Virus record (IMG/VR): IMGVR_UViG_3300017917_002759
Location: 36,841-100,840 of that record
Reading direction: 5' to 3' (one strand)
Source: a virus
Length of the DNA stretch: 64,000 nt
The position numbers were made by a program, and so were the translations under genes. Below, piece after piece: positions 9,601 through 19,740 of the stretch (position 1 is the first letter of the stretch; the number at the start of each line of letters is the position of its first letter). The notes beneath the pieces are model-generated. The model saw only the letters and a list, made by a program, of their open reading frames with translations, was not told where the DNA came from and searched no databases.

Positions 9601-11111
9601 TTGGCACCTAATATTGATAAAAATTTTCTATGATCAAATACTGATTTTGCACTATCATAAACTGTTGAAAGATATTTTTTAAAATAAATGTTCCACTCTG
9701 ATTGTAGTTGCTTATCTTCGAATGATTTCTTATAAACAGAGGGCTCGAGCTCTCCATTGCCTCCTAACACGTAAAGCCAATTTGCTTGCCCAAAAATTTT
9801 AAAAAGTGATTGATCATCGTTATCGATTGGTCGTTGTTTCCATAAATTGATTGTCTTTTTTAGATTATCTGGAGCATTCTCCCAAGTGAATTTTTTCCAA
9901 AATTCAGTATCGTCTCGGTGAGTCACATAATGAGAATATAAAAATTCCATAATGTGTGTATTCATAGAAACTATTTTTTCATTATAGCTATCTATAACGT
10001 CTTGATTTAAATCTTCTGATAAAGTTAAACTATTTTTTAATAGTTCGAGACTTCTTATTGACATCATTATCGATGTAGCTTCTAAAGGTTCGGTAAAACC
10101 GCTCGACAATCCGATAGCCACACAGTTATTGATCCATGTTTTTTCGTAGCACCCAGCCTTAAATTTAAATGTTTTTACTGGTTCAATTTTTTGTTTCAAC
10201 ACTGATTCAATTTCTTCTTGAGCCTCTTTCTCGTTGATATATGAACTATCGAAAATATAACCGCAACCCGTTCTATGCTGAAGGGGAATTTTCCACATCC
10301 AACCATGTTTCATTGCTAAGGCAGTAGTATAAGGTTCAACATCATTTTTACTCGGTAAGAAAAATGCTAGAGCAGTATCAACCGGGAGAAACTTATTATA
10401 ATTAATCCAGGGAGAATTGAATTTTTTTCCGATAATTAGTCTTTGGAAACCTGTGCAATCAAAAATAAAATCTAAATCTAATAATTTATCATCTTCTAAA
10501 ACTAGAGATTTTATTTTTTTATTTTGATCAAAAACAATATCTTTTATGTTAGATTCTATTCGATTTATATTTCTATCTTTTGCAATTTTTTTAAGATATT
10601 CTGCTAATAATCTAGCATCAAAATGTAGAGCAAAGGTTCCCACTTCTTTTAAATTATTTGCCGAATCGACGAAAAACGGAACTTTATTTTTTTCACTATA
10701 TACACAATAAGTTGTAGTTCTTCCTGGATTGATTTCGTTAGCTAACATACCATGTGTTAAAAATGATCCTTGTACATTAAAGAACCTAGTTCCGTAATTG
10801 CATTCATTAAGGTGAGGATTAGATACCGCAAATGGATGATAATAATATTCATTATCACCGTTCCAATTTTCAAATTTTATTGATATTTTTAAACTACCAT
10901 TGGTTTCTTTGATTACAGATTTATAATCAATATCTAATTGTTCAAAAAAATCAATAATATTAGGTGTAGTTCCCTCACCAGCACCTAATATGCCAATATC
11001 ACTGCTTTCTACTACAGTAATATTGGCATTAGGAAATAATTTTCTTGAAAAAAGAGCGGTAAGCCAACCAGCAGTACCGCCACCTGCGATAATAATATTT
11101 TTGGTATCCAT
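9597..11111 (-). CDS. Flavin-dependent (tryptophan-halogenase family) halogenase
   Basis: GGGTAGW, GAGEGT, GSLKISI, DCTGF, GWMWKIP, GFTEPLEATS. Confidence 0.92.
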   Translation of the reverse strand: MDTKNIIIAGGGTAGWLTALFSRKLFPNANITVVESSDIGILGAGEGTTPNIIDFFEQLDIDYKSVIKETNGSLKISIKFENWNGDNEYYYHPFAVSNPHLNECNYGTRFFNVQGSFLTHGMLANEINPGRTTTYCVYSEKNKVPFFVDSANNLKEVGTFALHFDARLLAEYLKKIAKDRNINRIESNIKDIVFDQNKKIKSLVLEDDKLLDLDFIFDCTGFQRLIIGKKFNSPWINYNKFLPVDTALAFFLPSKNDVEPYTTALAMKHGWMWKIPLQHRTGCGYIFDSSYINEKEAQEEIESVLKQKIEPVKTFKFKAGCYEKTWINNCVAIGLSSGFTEPLEATSIMMSIRSLELLKNSLTLSEDLNQDVIDSYNEKIVSMNTHIMEFLYSHYVTHRDDTEFWKKFTWENAPDNLKKTINLWKQRPIDNDDQSLFKIFGQANWLYVLGGNGELEPSVYKKSFEDKQLQSEWNIYFKKYLSTVYDSAKSVFDHRKFLSILGAK

Positions 11112-11117
11112 TAAGGA

Positions 11118-11125
11118 TATTTATA
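11118..11125 (-). promoter_or_regulatory. T4-type late promoter TATAAATA heading the halogenase operon
   Basis: Exact TATAAATA on minus strand, 6 nt before ATG 11111. Confidence 0.7.
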
Positions 11126-11149
11126 GAGAAGATTTTTAAGAAATTCTAG

Positions 11150-12706
11150 TTATGATTTTGTAATTTCATACACAAACCCACTTCTAAAGGGCTGCTGCAG
11201 ATATCTATTTTCTGCCGATTGGAGACTTGATAAATCAGTAAATCCGCCACCACTGTTTGTTAATCTATTTTGTACCGCTGAATTAGTAAGCCAAGTATTA
11301 GTTTTATCTAGATTATAATCAGGTCTAGATTCTAACATACAAGCAACGACCCCTGCAACTTGTGGCGAAGCCATAGAAGTCCCGCCAATCTTAGTGCTCT
11401 TAAAATCAGTATTAGCAGGATAATCTACTGATCCTGAATTTGTTTCGATATTAGAACCTTCAGGTATAGCACTGATAATATTTTCTCCAGGAGCAAACAC
11501 AGTAATTCGAGGACCTGTATTACTGAATAAACTTTTTGCTTCTGTTGTCGCAGCTCTTATTGAACCGACACATGCGACTCCCGGTACTGCTGACGGAGTA
11601 GATCCTTGGTGATAAAATACTTGTCCCACCCCGGTTTTGTTATAAAAATTATTAAAATCTTGTCCAGTCGGCACATCGATTTTGTGTGCTTCGTTGCCGG
11701 CAGCGCCTATCAAAATTACGCCGTCGTCAATACAATCTTCAATATCTGCATCTACAGAAGAAACTCGAACAGGATGTATATAAGTAAATGGAGCAGATGA
11801 TCCTTGCCTATTGTAAATTGTTTGGATCATGCCGTATGCAGAGATCATGGTTGTACCGGACCAAGGTGTTCCGCGATACTCTCCTCCGCTGATATTGGTA
11901 TAAGTTGTAAAATATTCCCAACTCATATTAACTACAGTCGGTCTTCTATACCCAGTTTCTGCAATAATAGGTTTTAAATTATGCCACGCTCTAATCATGT
12001 TAAAACTAGCTGATACACCAAATGCCGCAGGATTGTCTATAATAGTAATCGCATAAATGTTGGCTCTTTTAGCCCAACCGTACAATCTGCCAGCAGCAGT
12101 TCCAGCCACGTGGGTTCCATGACCGTCTGGATCAGTATAATGATTAGGGTCTTGAGTGTATGTTCCTGTTAGGCCGCTAATACTAGGCCAATTGACTTGT
12201 TGAAATCTACTGGCTGTACCAGCTAAATTTAACCATTCCGGATGATTAAGAAGAATTCCGCTATCTTGTATAACAATATCAACACCGTTGCCTGTTAATG
12301 TGTAACCGTGATTATAATTTAACGTGCCCGATGTTGCAAAAAAATTATCTGGGAATGAACAGGCAGGGATGGCCCAGTTATAATGATTAGAATTTAGATC
12401 CGGTTCTTTTGAATAAGTCCTTGCCTCCTCTATAATGCTAGGCCTAATAAAAATACCATTTTCTATCTTAGTACCAAATCTTACATCGACTATTCTCGGA
12501 TCATTTTTTAATAATATTGCTTCCTCTAACGTTAAGACAAAATCAACGTTTCGTTTGCTGTCAATTTTTTCATTATATAATTCTACTTGACGGTTTGGCA
12601 TCCACTGATTATGATTTGTACCGCTGACCATATCTTCGATAAATGCATCAACATCGACTCCTTTTTTTAACGTTACAACTGCTTTATTTTGATCTTCTGT
12701 ACTCAT
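11150..12706 (-). CDS. Subtilisin-like S8 serine peptidase
   Basis: Triad motifs VIQDSG, GHGTHVAG, GTSMASPQVAG; oxyanion AAGN. Confidence 0.93.
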   Translation of the reverse strand: MSTEDQNKAVVTLKKGVDVDAFIEDMVSGTNHNQWMPNRQVELYNEKIDSKRNVDFVLTLEEAILLKNDPRIVDVRFGTKIENGIFIRPSIIEEARTYSKEPDLNSNHYNWAIPACSFPDNFFATSGTLNYNHGYTLTGNGVDIVIQDSGILLNHPEWLNLAGTASRFQQVNWPSISGLTGTYTQDPNHYTDPDGHGTHVAGTAAGRLYGWAKRANIYAITIIDNPAAFGVSASFNMIRAWHNLKPIIAETGYRRPTVVNMSWEYFTTYTNISGGEYRGTPWSGTTMISAYGMIQTIYNRQGSSAPFTYIHPVRVSSVDADIEDCIDDGVILIGAAGNEAHKIDVPTGQDFNNFYNKTGVGQVFYHQGSTPSAVPGVACVGSIRAATTEAKSLFSNTGPRITVFAPGENIISAIPEGSNIETNSGSVDYPANTDFKSTKIGGTSMASPQVAGVVACMLESRPDYNLDKTNTWLTNSAVQNRLTNSGGGFTDLSSLQSAENRYLQQPFRSGFVYEITKS

Positions 12707-12708
12707 TT

Positions 12709-13602
12709 TTAACCTCTATATAACTGTATATAATCTATGTGAAAATTGTCTCCGGACGAAGTCCCAAAGTCGAATCTTAATCCGGTGATGGTATTATCAA
12801 CCCAATCAGTGCCGCCGGCAAATAATGTTTCCATATTAACTGTGATTATTTGAAAGTTTCCGTCCCAGGTGGGTTCAGTCATTAATGCTTTAAAACTTTC
12901 CGAAAATTGATTTCTACCCTGTCTTGTAAAATATAAACTTCCGTCCCAGCCAGTTCCAGATAATCTTCTCAATCTGATATCTATTCTATTATAGTTTCTA
13001 CCGTCGAAACTGACCTGTGCAGTTCTTTGAATAGAAGGATCGGTAGCAGTAGAATTAGTTAAAATAACACCTGTAGCATTTATTTGGACATAATCGACAT
13101 CAATGTCCCAACCAAAATAATTCCCATCGCTAGGAAAATCCAAGAAATTACCGGCACCACCTATTAATCTTTTTGTAACAACAGTAAAAGTATTTAACGG
13201 TAATTCGCTATCAGAAATAGTTGTTCCAGTACCGTCACCATAGTCTATGAATAAACTACCCGTGCCCGCCCTTCTTCTTAACCTGGCAGTAACGATTACT
13301 TCTCTAGTATCATAATTTGTTAAATTACTAAACCTCATTAAAGAATTTCCAAATGTTTGAAACTGCCAACGATATGTTCCGTCAAAGTTATTTGTATCAT
13401 TAACATTGTTAAAAACATCAGTGGCACTGTTACCCTCTAGTTGTGCTCCGGTGACTGCCGATAACAGTGTAATTGTGGCATTAGTTCCTGTAAAACTTTC
13501 TGTACCCGAATCGAATGCATAGACAATGGGAGTTATTGTAGGTATAGTAACAACGCCATTAACTGCATAAATGCGATTAGGTAGTAAAGTAATTGCTGGC
13601 AT
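12709..13602 (-). CDS. Putative virion protein with beta-sandwich/carbohydrate-binding-like domains
   Basis: Beta-rich; two units ending IDVDYVQI / IDYIQL; ITGLRFD; co-operonic with a fibre gene. Confidence 0.45.
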   Translation of the reverse strand: MPAITLLPNRIYAVNGVVTIPTITPIVYAFDSGTESFTGTNATITLLSAVTGAQLEGNSATDVFNNVNDTNNFDGTYRWQFQTFGNSLMRFSNLTNYDTREVIVTARLRRRAGTGSLFIDYGDGTGTTISDSELPLNTFTVVTKRLIGGAGNFLDFPSDGNYFGWDIDVDYVQINATGVILTNSTATDPSIQRTAQVSFDGRNYNRIDIRLRRLSGTGWDGSLYFTRQGRNQFSESFKALMTEPTWDGNFQIITVNMETLFAGGTDWVDNTITGLRFDFGTSSGDNFHIDYIQLYRG

Positions 13603-13603
13603 A

Positions 13604-16327
13604 TTAATAACTTTGCGCCGATGCTAATACAGTCCATGTACCGCCAGATCTAATAAATGAGAAAGAAAATATCTGTCTTCTACTAGATACTGCTGAGGGA
13701 ACAATATTATTAGCCCAATTTATGGTTTGATTTACCCCTGCGATTTGAACAGCAGTCGGTCTTCTACCAGTAGCACCTTGCACGATTATCAACACCGCGG
13801 AATAGCTATAGTTGTTAGTAGTTGGTACATTAGTAAAGTTTGCGGTAAAATCTGCAGATGGGTTAGTATGTAGAAAAATTGCTCCAGCTGCCCAGTTGTG
13901 TGTAACTGTACCAGTAGCTGCGTTAATAGTCTGAAATAATTCTGCAGTTTGTTGTATTGTAGCTGTGCCGGTTGTAGTGAATGAAGTAGAAGTTAAAGAG
14001 CTAAATGCACCTGTGCTTATAGTTGTAGAACCTATAGGTGTATTTTGAATACTTGCACCAGCAATCGCTCCCCCTACATTTAATGCACCACTAATACCTA
14101 CACCGCCGGTTACTACTAACGTACCTGTAGTAGTCGAAGAGGATGATGTATTTTGTGTGAATGTTACTGCGCCGCCAGCACTAAAAGCACTACCAACATT
14201 TAATGCTTGACTGATTCCAACACCACCGGTTACTACTAACGTACCTGTACTGGTACTTGAAGAATTTGTTCCGGCGGTAAGTGTTACTGCGCCGTTAGCA
14301 GCTACCGTAGTAAAAGCTCCGGAACTTCTAGTAACAGAACCTATAGGCGTGTTTTGAATACTTGAAGCATCGATAGTGCCCCCTACATTTAAGGCACCGC
14401 TAATACCAACTCCCCCAGTAACGGTTACTGCACCTGTTGTAGTAGAAGTCGAAGCGGTGCCGCTGATAAATGATGAATCACCACTTACAGTACCGCCAGT
14501 AAATCCCGGAGGATCACCCCATTCTGGAGGTAAAGAAGTTCCTCTAGATGTTAAAACCTTTCCTAGAGAACCATAATCTGTTCCATCGAAACTAATAGCT
14601 CCTGTATTATTGAACTGTAGCTTAATAGTGCCTATACCGTCAGCAATAATAACATGACTATTCAATCCATTAATTCCAGAACCACTATTTCCTCCAATAA
14701 TAACATTGTTATCACCGGAAAGTATAGCACTGCCTGCTAAGTATCCTATGGCTAAATTTGCCGCACCTTGATGTAATTTTAACGCATCGGTGCCTATTCC
14801 AATACATTGACTTCCTGCAGTTTTATCTGCCATTACAGAATTACCGATAGCGATATTGTCGTTACCGTCTGTGTGTTGGCCAAGAGTAGAAAACCCTATA
14901 GCGATAGCGTTAAACCCGCTAACATTTGAACCTAAAGGAGCATTGATACCGGTGCCACCACCGATCGCTACGTTTTGTGCAAACCCCGAACCAATGGCAG
15001 CTCCGTTGCCAAATCTAATACCATTAAAAAATCCGTCGCCGCCCGCATACAAACTTCTGCCAATACCAACACCGCCTGTTACACGCAAAGCACCTGTGGT
15101 GGTAGATGTCGATGCTGTGGCATTATTAACAAATATTGTACCAGAAATTGTACCACCATTAAAACCGCCAGATAATGATGTTAATACAGCACTTCCGCCG
15201 GAAAATATAGTTCCGCCTACATACATCGCACCACCGACTCCTACACCGCCTGTTACGGTAAGAGCACCCGTGGTAGTTGAAGTTGATGCAGTTGAAGAAG
15301 TTACATTAATTGCGTTTGGAACTGTTCCGCCCTGGAAAGCACTAGCCGCACCATCAACATATTGTTTATTAACTGCATCTGTAAGTTCAATAGGGGCAGC
15401 TAAATTCGTTATTCTGCTGTTTTTAACATTAATATCGCCGGGTGTTTCTATAATAAAATCTGAACCAGTCCTTAAAGTGAATACTCCTAAACCATTATCA
15501 AAAATTTCTGGGACAGCCAGACTTACTCCAACAACTGCACCACCATTGACTAATAAAGTATTATCGACTTCTAAATTGTTATCGATAATTACATCATTAT
15601 CAACAGTAATATTTGAAGTTTCTAGAGTATTAGTATTAGATATCCATTTAAGATTAATTCCAGCAGACGATAGGACATTTCCGTTAGAATCATATATTGG
15701 TAATTCACCAGTACTGCCATTCTCGATAACCCCGGCAGCATCTAAATCAATAGCGGCAATTGAATTATCAACATAAGTTTTTACAGCACTTTCTGTAGGA
15801 ACAGCGGTAGGCGAATTATCGACCATAAGAGCGTCTGTGCTGAATTCTGTGATTTCGGCTCCTACTTTAAACTGTATAGAATCCATATTCGACAATACAG
15901 TTAAATTTGCAACGGAGTCAGCCGTTAGTAGCCCTTGTGCATTAATACTTAGACCTGCTCCGATTTTTACCGTTCCTAAGGTAGTAGCGGTAGCTACAGT
16001 GTTAAAAGCATTCTGAACGTCAGTGAGAGTAGCAATATTTGTAGGAAGAGGAAGATTCGTAAGCTGGCTTCCGTCACCAATGAACGCTTGTGCTTGGAGA
16101 GTCTTTGATCCAAAATTTACAGTACCGCTACCGCCGCCACCGCCTCCGGAAATATTAGCTAGATCAGCCCGCAACAGGGGAAACCCGCCGGGCTGCTCTC
16201 CATCATAGATTCTGATCGTTTTTTCGTTAGAGTCGTAGTATATTTCACCGCTGTTAAACGAATTTACATCGAGAAATTCGTCAATATTGGGTCTTAATCT
16301 AATTGACCTTTCTATATTCCCTGCCAT
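13604..16327 (-). CDS. Long fibre/adhesin-like virion protein
   Basis: Five STTTG(A/T)LxVTGGVG repeats, YadA-like N.AIG repeats, RITNLAAP..TDAVNKQYVD neck motif; upstream TAAATA and SD. Confidence 0.75.
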   Translation of the reverse strand: MAGNIERSIRLRPNIDEFLDVNSFNSGEIYYDSNEKTIRIYDGEQPGGFPLLRADLANISGGGGGGSGTVNFGSKTLQAQAFIGDGSQLTNLPLPTNIATLTDVQNAFNTVATATTLGTVKIGAGLSINAQGLLTADSVANLTVLSNMDSIQFKVGAEITEFSTDALMVDNSPTAVPTESAVKTYVDNSIAAIDLDAAGVIENGSTGELPIYDSNGNVLSSAGINLKWISNTNTLETSNITVDNDVIIDNNLEVDNTLLVNGGAVVGVSLAVPEIFDNGLGVFTLRTGSDFIIETPGDINVKNSRITNLAAPIELTDAVNKQYVDGAASAFQGGTVPNAINVTSSTASTSTTTGALTVTGGVGVGGAMYVGGTIFSGGSAVLTSLSGGFNGGTISGTIFVNNATASTSTTTGALRVTGGVGIGRSLYAGGDGFFNGIRFGNGAAIGSGFAQNVAIGGGTGINAPLGSNVSGFNAIAIGFSTLGQHTDGNDNIAIGNSVMADKTAGSQCIGIGTDALKLHQGAANLAIGYLAGSAILSGDNNVIIGGNSGSGINGLNSHVIIADGIGTIKLQFNNTGAISFDGTDYGSLGKVLTSRGTSLPPEWGDPPGFTGGTVSGDSSFISGTASTSTTTGAVTVTGGVGISGALNVGGTIDASSIQNTPIGSVTRSSGAFTTVAANGAVTLTAGTNSSSTSTGTLVVTGGVGISQALNVGSAFSAGGAVTFTQNTSSSSTTTGTLVVTGGVGISGALNVGGAIAGASIQNTPIGSTTISTGAFSSLTSTSFTTTGTATIQQTAELFQTINAATGTVTHNWAAGAIFLHTNPSADFTANFTNVPTTNNYSYSAVLIIVQGATGRRPTAVQIAGVNQTINWANNIVPSAVSSRRQIFSFSFIRSGGTWTVLASAQSY

Positions 16328-16380
16328 CCTAATTTCCTCTATATGTAATATTTACCCTTTTCAGCAAGGGGTAAAGATGG

Positions 16381-16641
16381 CTAATATTTAGGTATTTTTT
16401 GTTCTAATTTTGCTCTTATGGATTGCAGCTTTGTTTGCAAATCGTCTGATTGTGTTTTATTGGCTAGTCTTTCAGAAATTAATAAATCAAAATTTTGATC
16501 TATTTGTTTTATGAGCATGATATATTGATCATAAAGACTTTTTAACTCTGATTTAAGGGCTCGATCGTTAATTTCTTCAATAGCATTAATATATCGATCT
16601 TTGTCTTTTTTAAATCTTGGATGATTTTGTATAGTTGTCAT
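16381..16641 (-). CDS. Hypothetical coiled-coil protein
   Basis: 86-aa ORF ATGA-coupled to upstream gene. Confidence 0.6.
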   Translation of the reverse strand: MTTIQNHPRFKKDKDRYINAIEEINDRALKSELKSLYDQYIMLIKQIDQNFDLLISERLANKTQSDDLQTKLQSIRAKLEQKIPKY

Positions 16642-17024
16642 ACCTTTTCCTCTAAGATTAAAACTGTTTCTATTTTCGCTTGCGTAATTTTATTTGTAAG
16701 AGTGGATTTCAAGCCAGTGTGTAGATTTTTGGGAAGATTTTCTAAGTTACACCAGCATATGGTAGAAATTAATGGTCTAAAAAATTCTTCATTTACTAGA
16801 CAGATATATGTAGAATATTCAAATCCCATATCTTGACTTTGATATAGTTCGACAGGAATCAATCTCGATTCTTTCCCAACAGTGTCAATTATTAATTCTT
16901 TCGAATCTTCAAATACTGATTCTTTTCGTATAAATGTGGGAACGGTCCATTTTGAATCTTCTAGAATTAAAAAAATTCTAGAAGTTTTTTTTGAAATAAA
17001 GAGAATTCCGGCACGTTTCTGCAT
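16638..17024 (-). CDS. Degenerate NUDIX-like protein
   Basis: AGILF..RIFL start and LHTGL end resemble phage NUDIX proteins, but the Nudix box is eroded; start at 17024 follows TAAGTA-N5. Confidence 0.45.
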   Translation of the reverse strand: MQKRAGILFISKKTSRIFLILEDSKWTVPTFIRKESVFEDSKELIIDTVGKESRLIPVELYQSQDMGFEYSTYICLVNEEFFRPLISTICWCNLENLPKNLHTGLKSTLTNKITQAKIETVLILEEKV

Positions 17025-17035
17025 GCCAGTACTTA

Positions 17036-18463
17036 TCAAGGATTTAAGTCGAAACTCCAATATCCGGCTGCATATTCGCCTTCGAAGCTTTTGAGCCACT
17101 GACCGTCTTCCCATTTATATTGTATTAAAGTTTTGATGTTTTGAACATATTCGATACTACTGCTACTAGATGATTCAAATACTATGCTCCAAGAATCTGT
17201 GTTAGAGTTCCATTGTATAATATCATTAGCCGAAGCAGTAAATCCGTTACCGTCGCCATTTTTCCATGCTTCGATATTTTCTGGAATATCTTCTAAAATT
17301 AGATACCTAGTTCCGTTTGGAATATTATTGTAGCCATTAAAAGCCGAAATCGGATTGAATGTTGTAGGATTAATAATAGCATCAACCGGCGACAATGTGT
17401 TTGTAGGCACGGTGTCTGCATCGAGTGTTACTTGTAAAAATGTCGAATCTATTTCATTAATAACAAAAGTACCTACGATTTCAGCTCCGCTAGGCTGAAG
17501 GAATCTTATCTGACTGATCGCCGGTGTGAAGCCCTCGTATTGATCTAAAACAACAGTCCAATCTAATCTTTGACCATGTTTAATAGGAATATTTAAACCA
17601 AGGTCAGAAACCGCTTCGTTGGGATTCAGCACACTGACATTGTAGAGTTTATCACTAAGATTTCCAGTATCTGCTTTTAATAACAGCACTCCAAATCCTC
17701 CCGGAGTGACTCTTACCGCACCAGGATTAGGATCAGGTCCGTCTATATAATTAAATGCTAATTCAGATAATGGTTTTAATTGACCATCATCACTAAACAT
17801 GTTCATAATAATGTTTTGTACAATACCGAGTTTTTTAACTTTAACAGGGGGACTGATGTATATAGGCATTTCAAAATCTAAAGTACATATATCAATCTCA
17901 GATTCAGTTCCTGCGGGAATGGATCTTCCTGTAAAAGTTGTATTGATCATATCAACGACACTGAGACTAGTCCAATCGATATAATTATCAGTGGTCTGTA
18001 CTTCGAGACTGGGATTAAACAATACTAAAATTTGTTCTAGTAACTGTAATTTTTGATCTGTATTACTAGTCCAAATATCGGCTCTCATAGTAAGCTTGAA
18101 AGGTGTAGGCATCAATCGCTCTACAGTATATCCGCCACCTTGATTATTACCATATACTGGATCACCGTTGTCATCGAATTCATAATTTCTTTCTCTGATA
18201 TTAACCTTGCTGACATAGGTAGCATCGGATAATCTAGTCCTGTCTAATTCTAATCCTGTAATATAACAGGCTATCTTAGGCACACTGGGTAGTTTGTTTT
18301 CGCTATTTTCTTTGATAATAGCTGCAACTTGTCTGGTCATATCCCCGTAAGTAACAGGAACCAACTTTTCAGTTCCATCGCCAGCTCGATATTTAAAACC
18401 GATGAAGATTCGCATAAACTGAGTTACATATCTTCTTATCTGACCGTCATAAAAGAAATCCAT
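17036..18463 (-). CDS. Tail completion/sheath stabiliser (T4 gp15-like)
   Basis: FFYDGQIRRY, VPVTYGD, MPTPFKL, QKLQLLEQILVLFNP. Confidence 0.75.
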   Translation of the reverse strand: MDFFYDGQIRRYVTQFMRIFIGFKYRAGDGTEKLVPVTYGDMTRQVAAIIKENSENKLPSVPKIACYITGLELDRTRLSDATYVSKVNIRERNYEFDDNGDPVYGNNQGGGYTVERLMPTPFKLTMRADIWTSNTDQKLQLLEQILVLFNPSLEVQTTDNYIDWTSLSVVDMINTTFTGRSIPAGTESEIDICTLDFEMPIYISPPVKVKKLGIVQNIIMNMFSDDGQLKPLSELAFNYIDGPDPNPGAVRVTPGGFGVLLLKADTGNLSDKLYNVSVLNPNEAVSDLGLNIPIKHGQRLDWTVVLDQYEGFTPAISQIRFLQPSGAEIVGTFVINEIDSTFLQVTLDADTVPTNTLSPVDAIINPTTFNPISAFNGYNNIPNGTRYLILEDIPENIEAWKNGDGNGFTASANDIIQWNSNTDSWSIVFESSSSSSIEYVQNIKTLIQYKWEDGQWLKSFEGEYAAGYWSFDLNP

Positions 18464-19707
18464 TATTCATCCGCCTTTGGTCTTAGGGCTTTACTCAAGC
18501 TCTGCTTTTCTTTAACTTCTTTACCGTTAATGATAGTAGAATTATCATTGTTGATAAAAGTAGATTTTTGATTCTGTCTTACTTCTTTGCCCTCAAATGG
18601 TTTACCGGTGCCTGTATCGCTGGCCCCTAGATTGCTCATAGTCATCCTTACCTTGTCCTCGTACTTAACCCATCTGCGTCCGTTAAATCTAAATAATCTC
18701 TGAGGTGTATAATCTGTTCGAAGATGGAATTGTCCCTCTACTGCGGTCATCGGAAAAGTTATACCGCTGGTAAATGGAGCACCGTTCGGTGGAACAACAT
18801 CTTCGTGATAGTTATCGTACCCGTCTTTTGTTGGAGTGTCCATAGTTGAGCTAGCATCAATTATCTGAATAATTGTTCCATCCGGACCTTCGACACTGGC
18901 AATACTAGAATCTAGTACTCCACTATCTGTGGTGACTAATTTAGGATTACCGTGGTCATCTAATGGCACAGTATAATACATAGAAGTATCATACCCGCTT
19001 CTCGGAGCATCCAATTCGGCTTGATCAAGGACCGCCTGAGTAATTTCTAATTCTTTAGCATATGTACTCATTATATCTCTAAGTGTAAATTCAGATTCTG
19101 TACCATCACAATTTTCTTGAACCTTGTCAAGGATATCTTTGAATTCTTGACTATCAACTAATGGTTTGCATTTAGCACGATATAAATGAGGATACCATGT
19201 AGATGAAAATCCCTCCGCTGCTCTATTAACTTCTTCGATTACATAGAATCTTTTTAATGCAAAAGTAAAATCGTTTAGGGCAAATTCATCTTTTAAATGC
19301 GGGAGCTCTATAACGTCTCCCGAAATCATTTTTCTGCCGAGTTTTTCCACAGTGTCGTTGATATGGAAAGTTATAAAAATAGTATCATTTTGTAAGAACA
19401 AACCAAACTGACTTAGATTAAAGTCAATGTCTTGGATGTTATAAACTCCTCGCAACACATAAACGTCCGGGTCATATTTACGATCTCTGTTTTCTAAGAA
19501 CAGCATATCTTGTATTTGAGTAGGATTTTTAGTATCGTAAAACGGAGTGGTAGGTGTAGCTTCGTCAGTTGATGTTGGACCACCGGGACCTATATACTTG
19601 TGGATCAGCACATCAGTGCCGCCTACTTGGAACATTTCCCAGACGGTTTTATCTATAAATTTGTAGTCATTGCCCTTTTCTGGGCGATATAGCGAAAGTC
19701 TTGGCAT
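18463..19707 (-). CDS. Neck protein (T4 gp14-like)
   Basis: D.LFLENRDRKY, LSQFGLFL, GDVIELPHL; divergent from gp13-like gene; start reassigned to 19707. Confidence 0.65.
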   Translation of the reverse strand: MPRLSLYRPEKGNDYKFIDKTVWEMFQVGGTDVLIHKYIGPGGPTSTDEATPTTPFYDTKNPTQIQDMLFLENRDRKYDPDVYVLRGVYNIQDIDFNLSQFGLFLQNDTIFITFHINDTVEKLGRKMISGDVIELPHLKDEFALNDFTFALKRFYVIEEVNRAAEGFSSTWYPHLYRAKCKPLVDSQEFKDILDKVQENCDGTESEFTLRDIMSTYAKELEITQAVLDQAELDAPRSGYDTSMYYTVPLDDHGNPKLVTTDSGVLDSSIASVEGPDGTIIQIIDASSTMDTPTKDGYDNYHEDVVPPNGAPFTSGITFPMTAVEGQFHLRTDYTPQRLFRFNGRRWVKYEDKVRMTMSNLGASDTGTGKPFEGKEVRQNQKSTFINNDNSTIINGKEVKEKQSLSKALRPKADE

Positions 19708-19740
19708 AGTACTATATTTACCGATGTAATAAATACTAGC

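Noticed and set aside
14856-15776. 306-aa plus-strand ORF
   Set aside because: Antisense shadow of the Gly/Thr-rich fibre gene; no start signals
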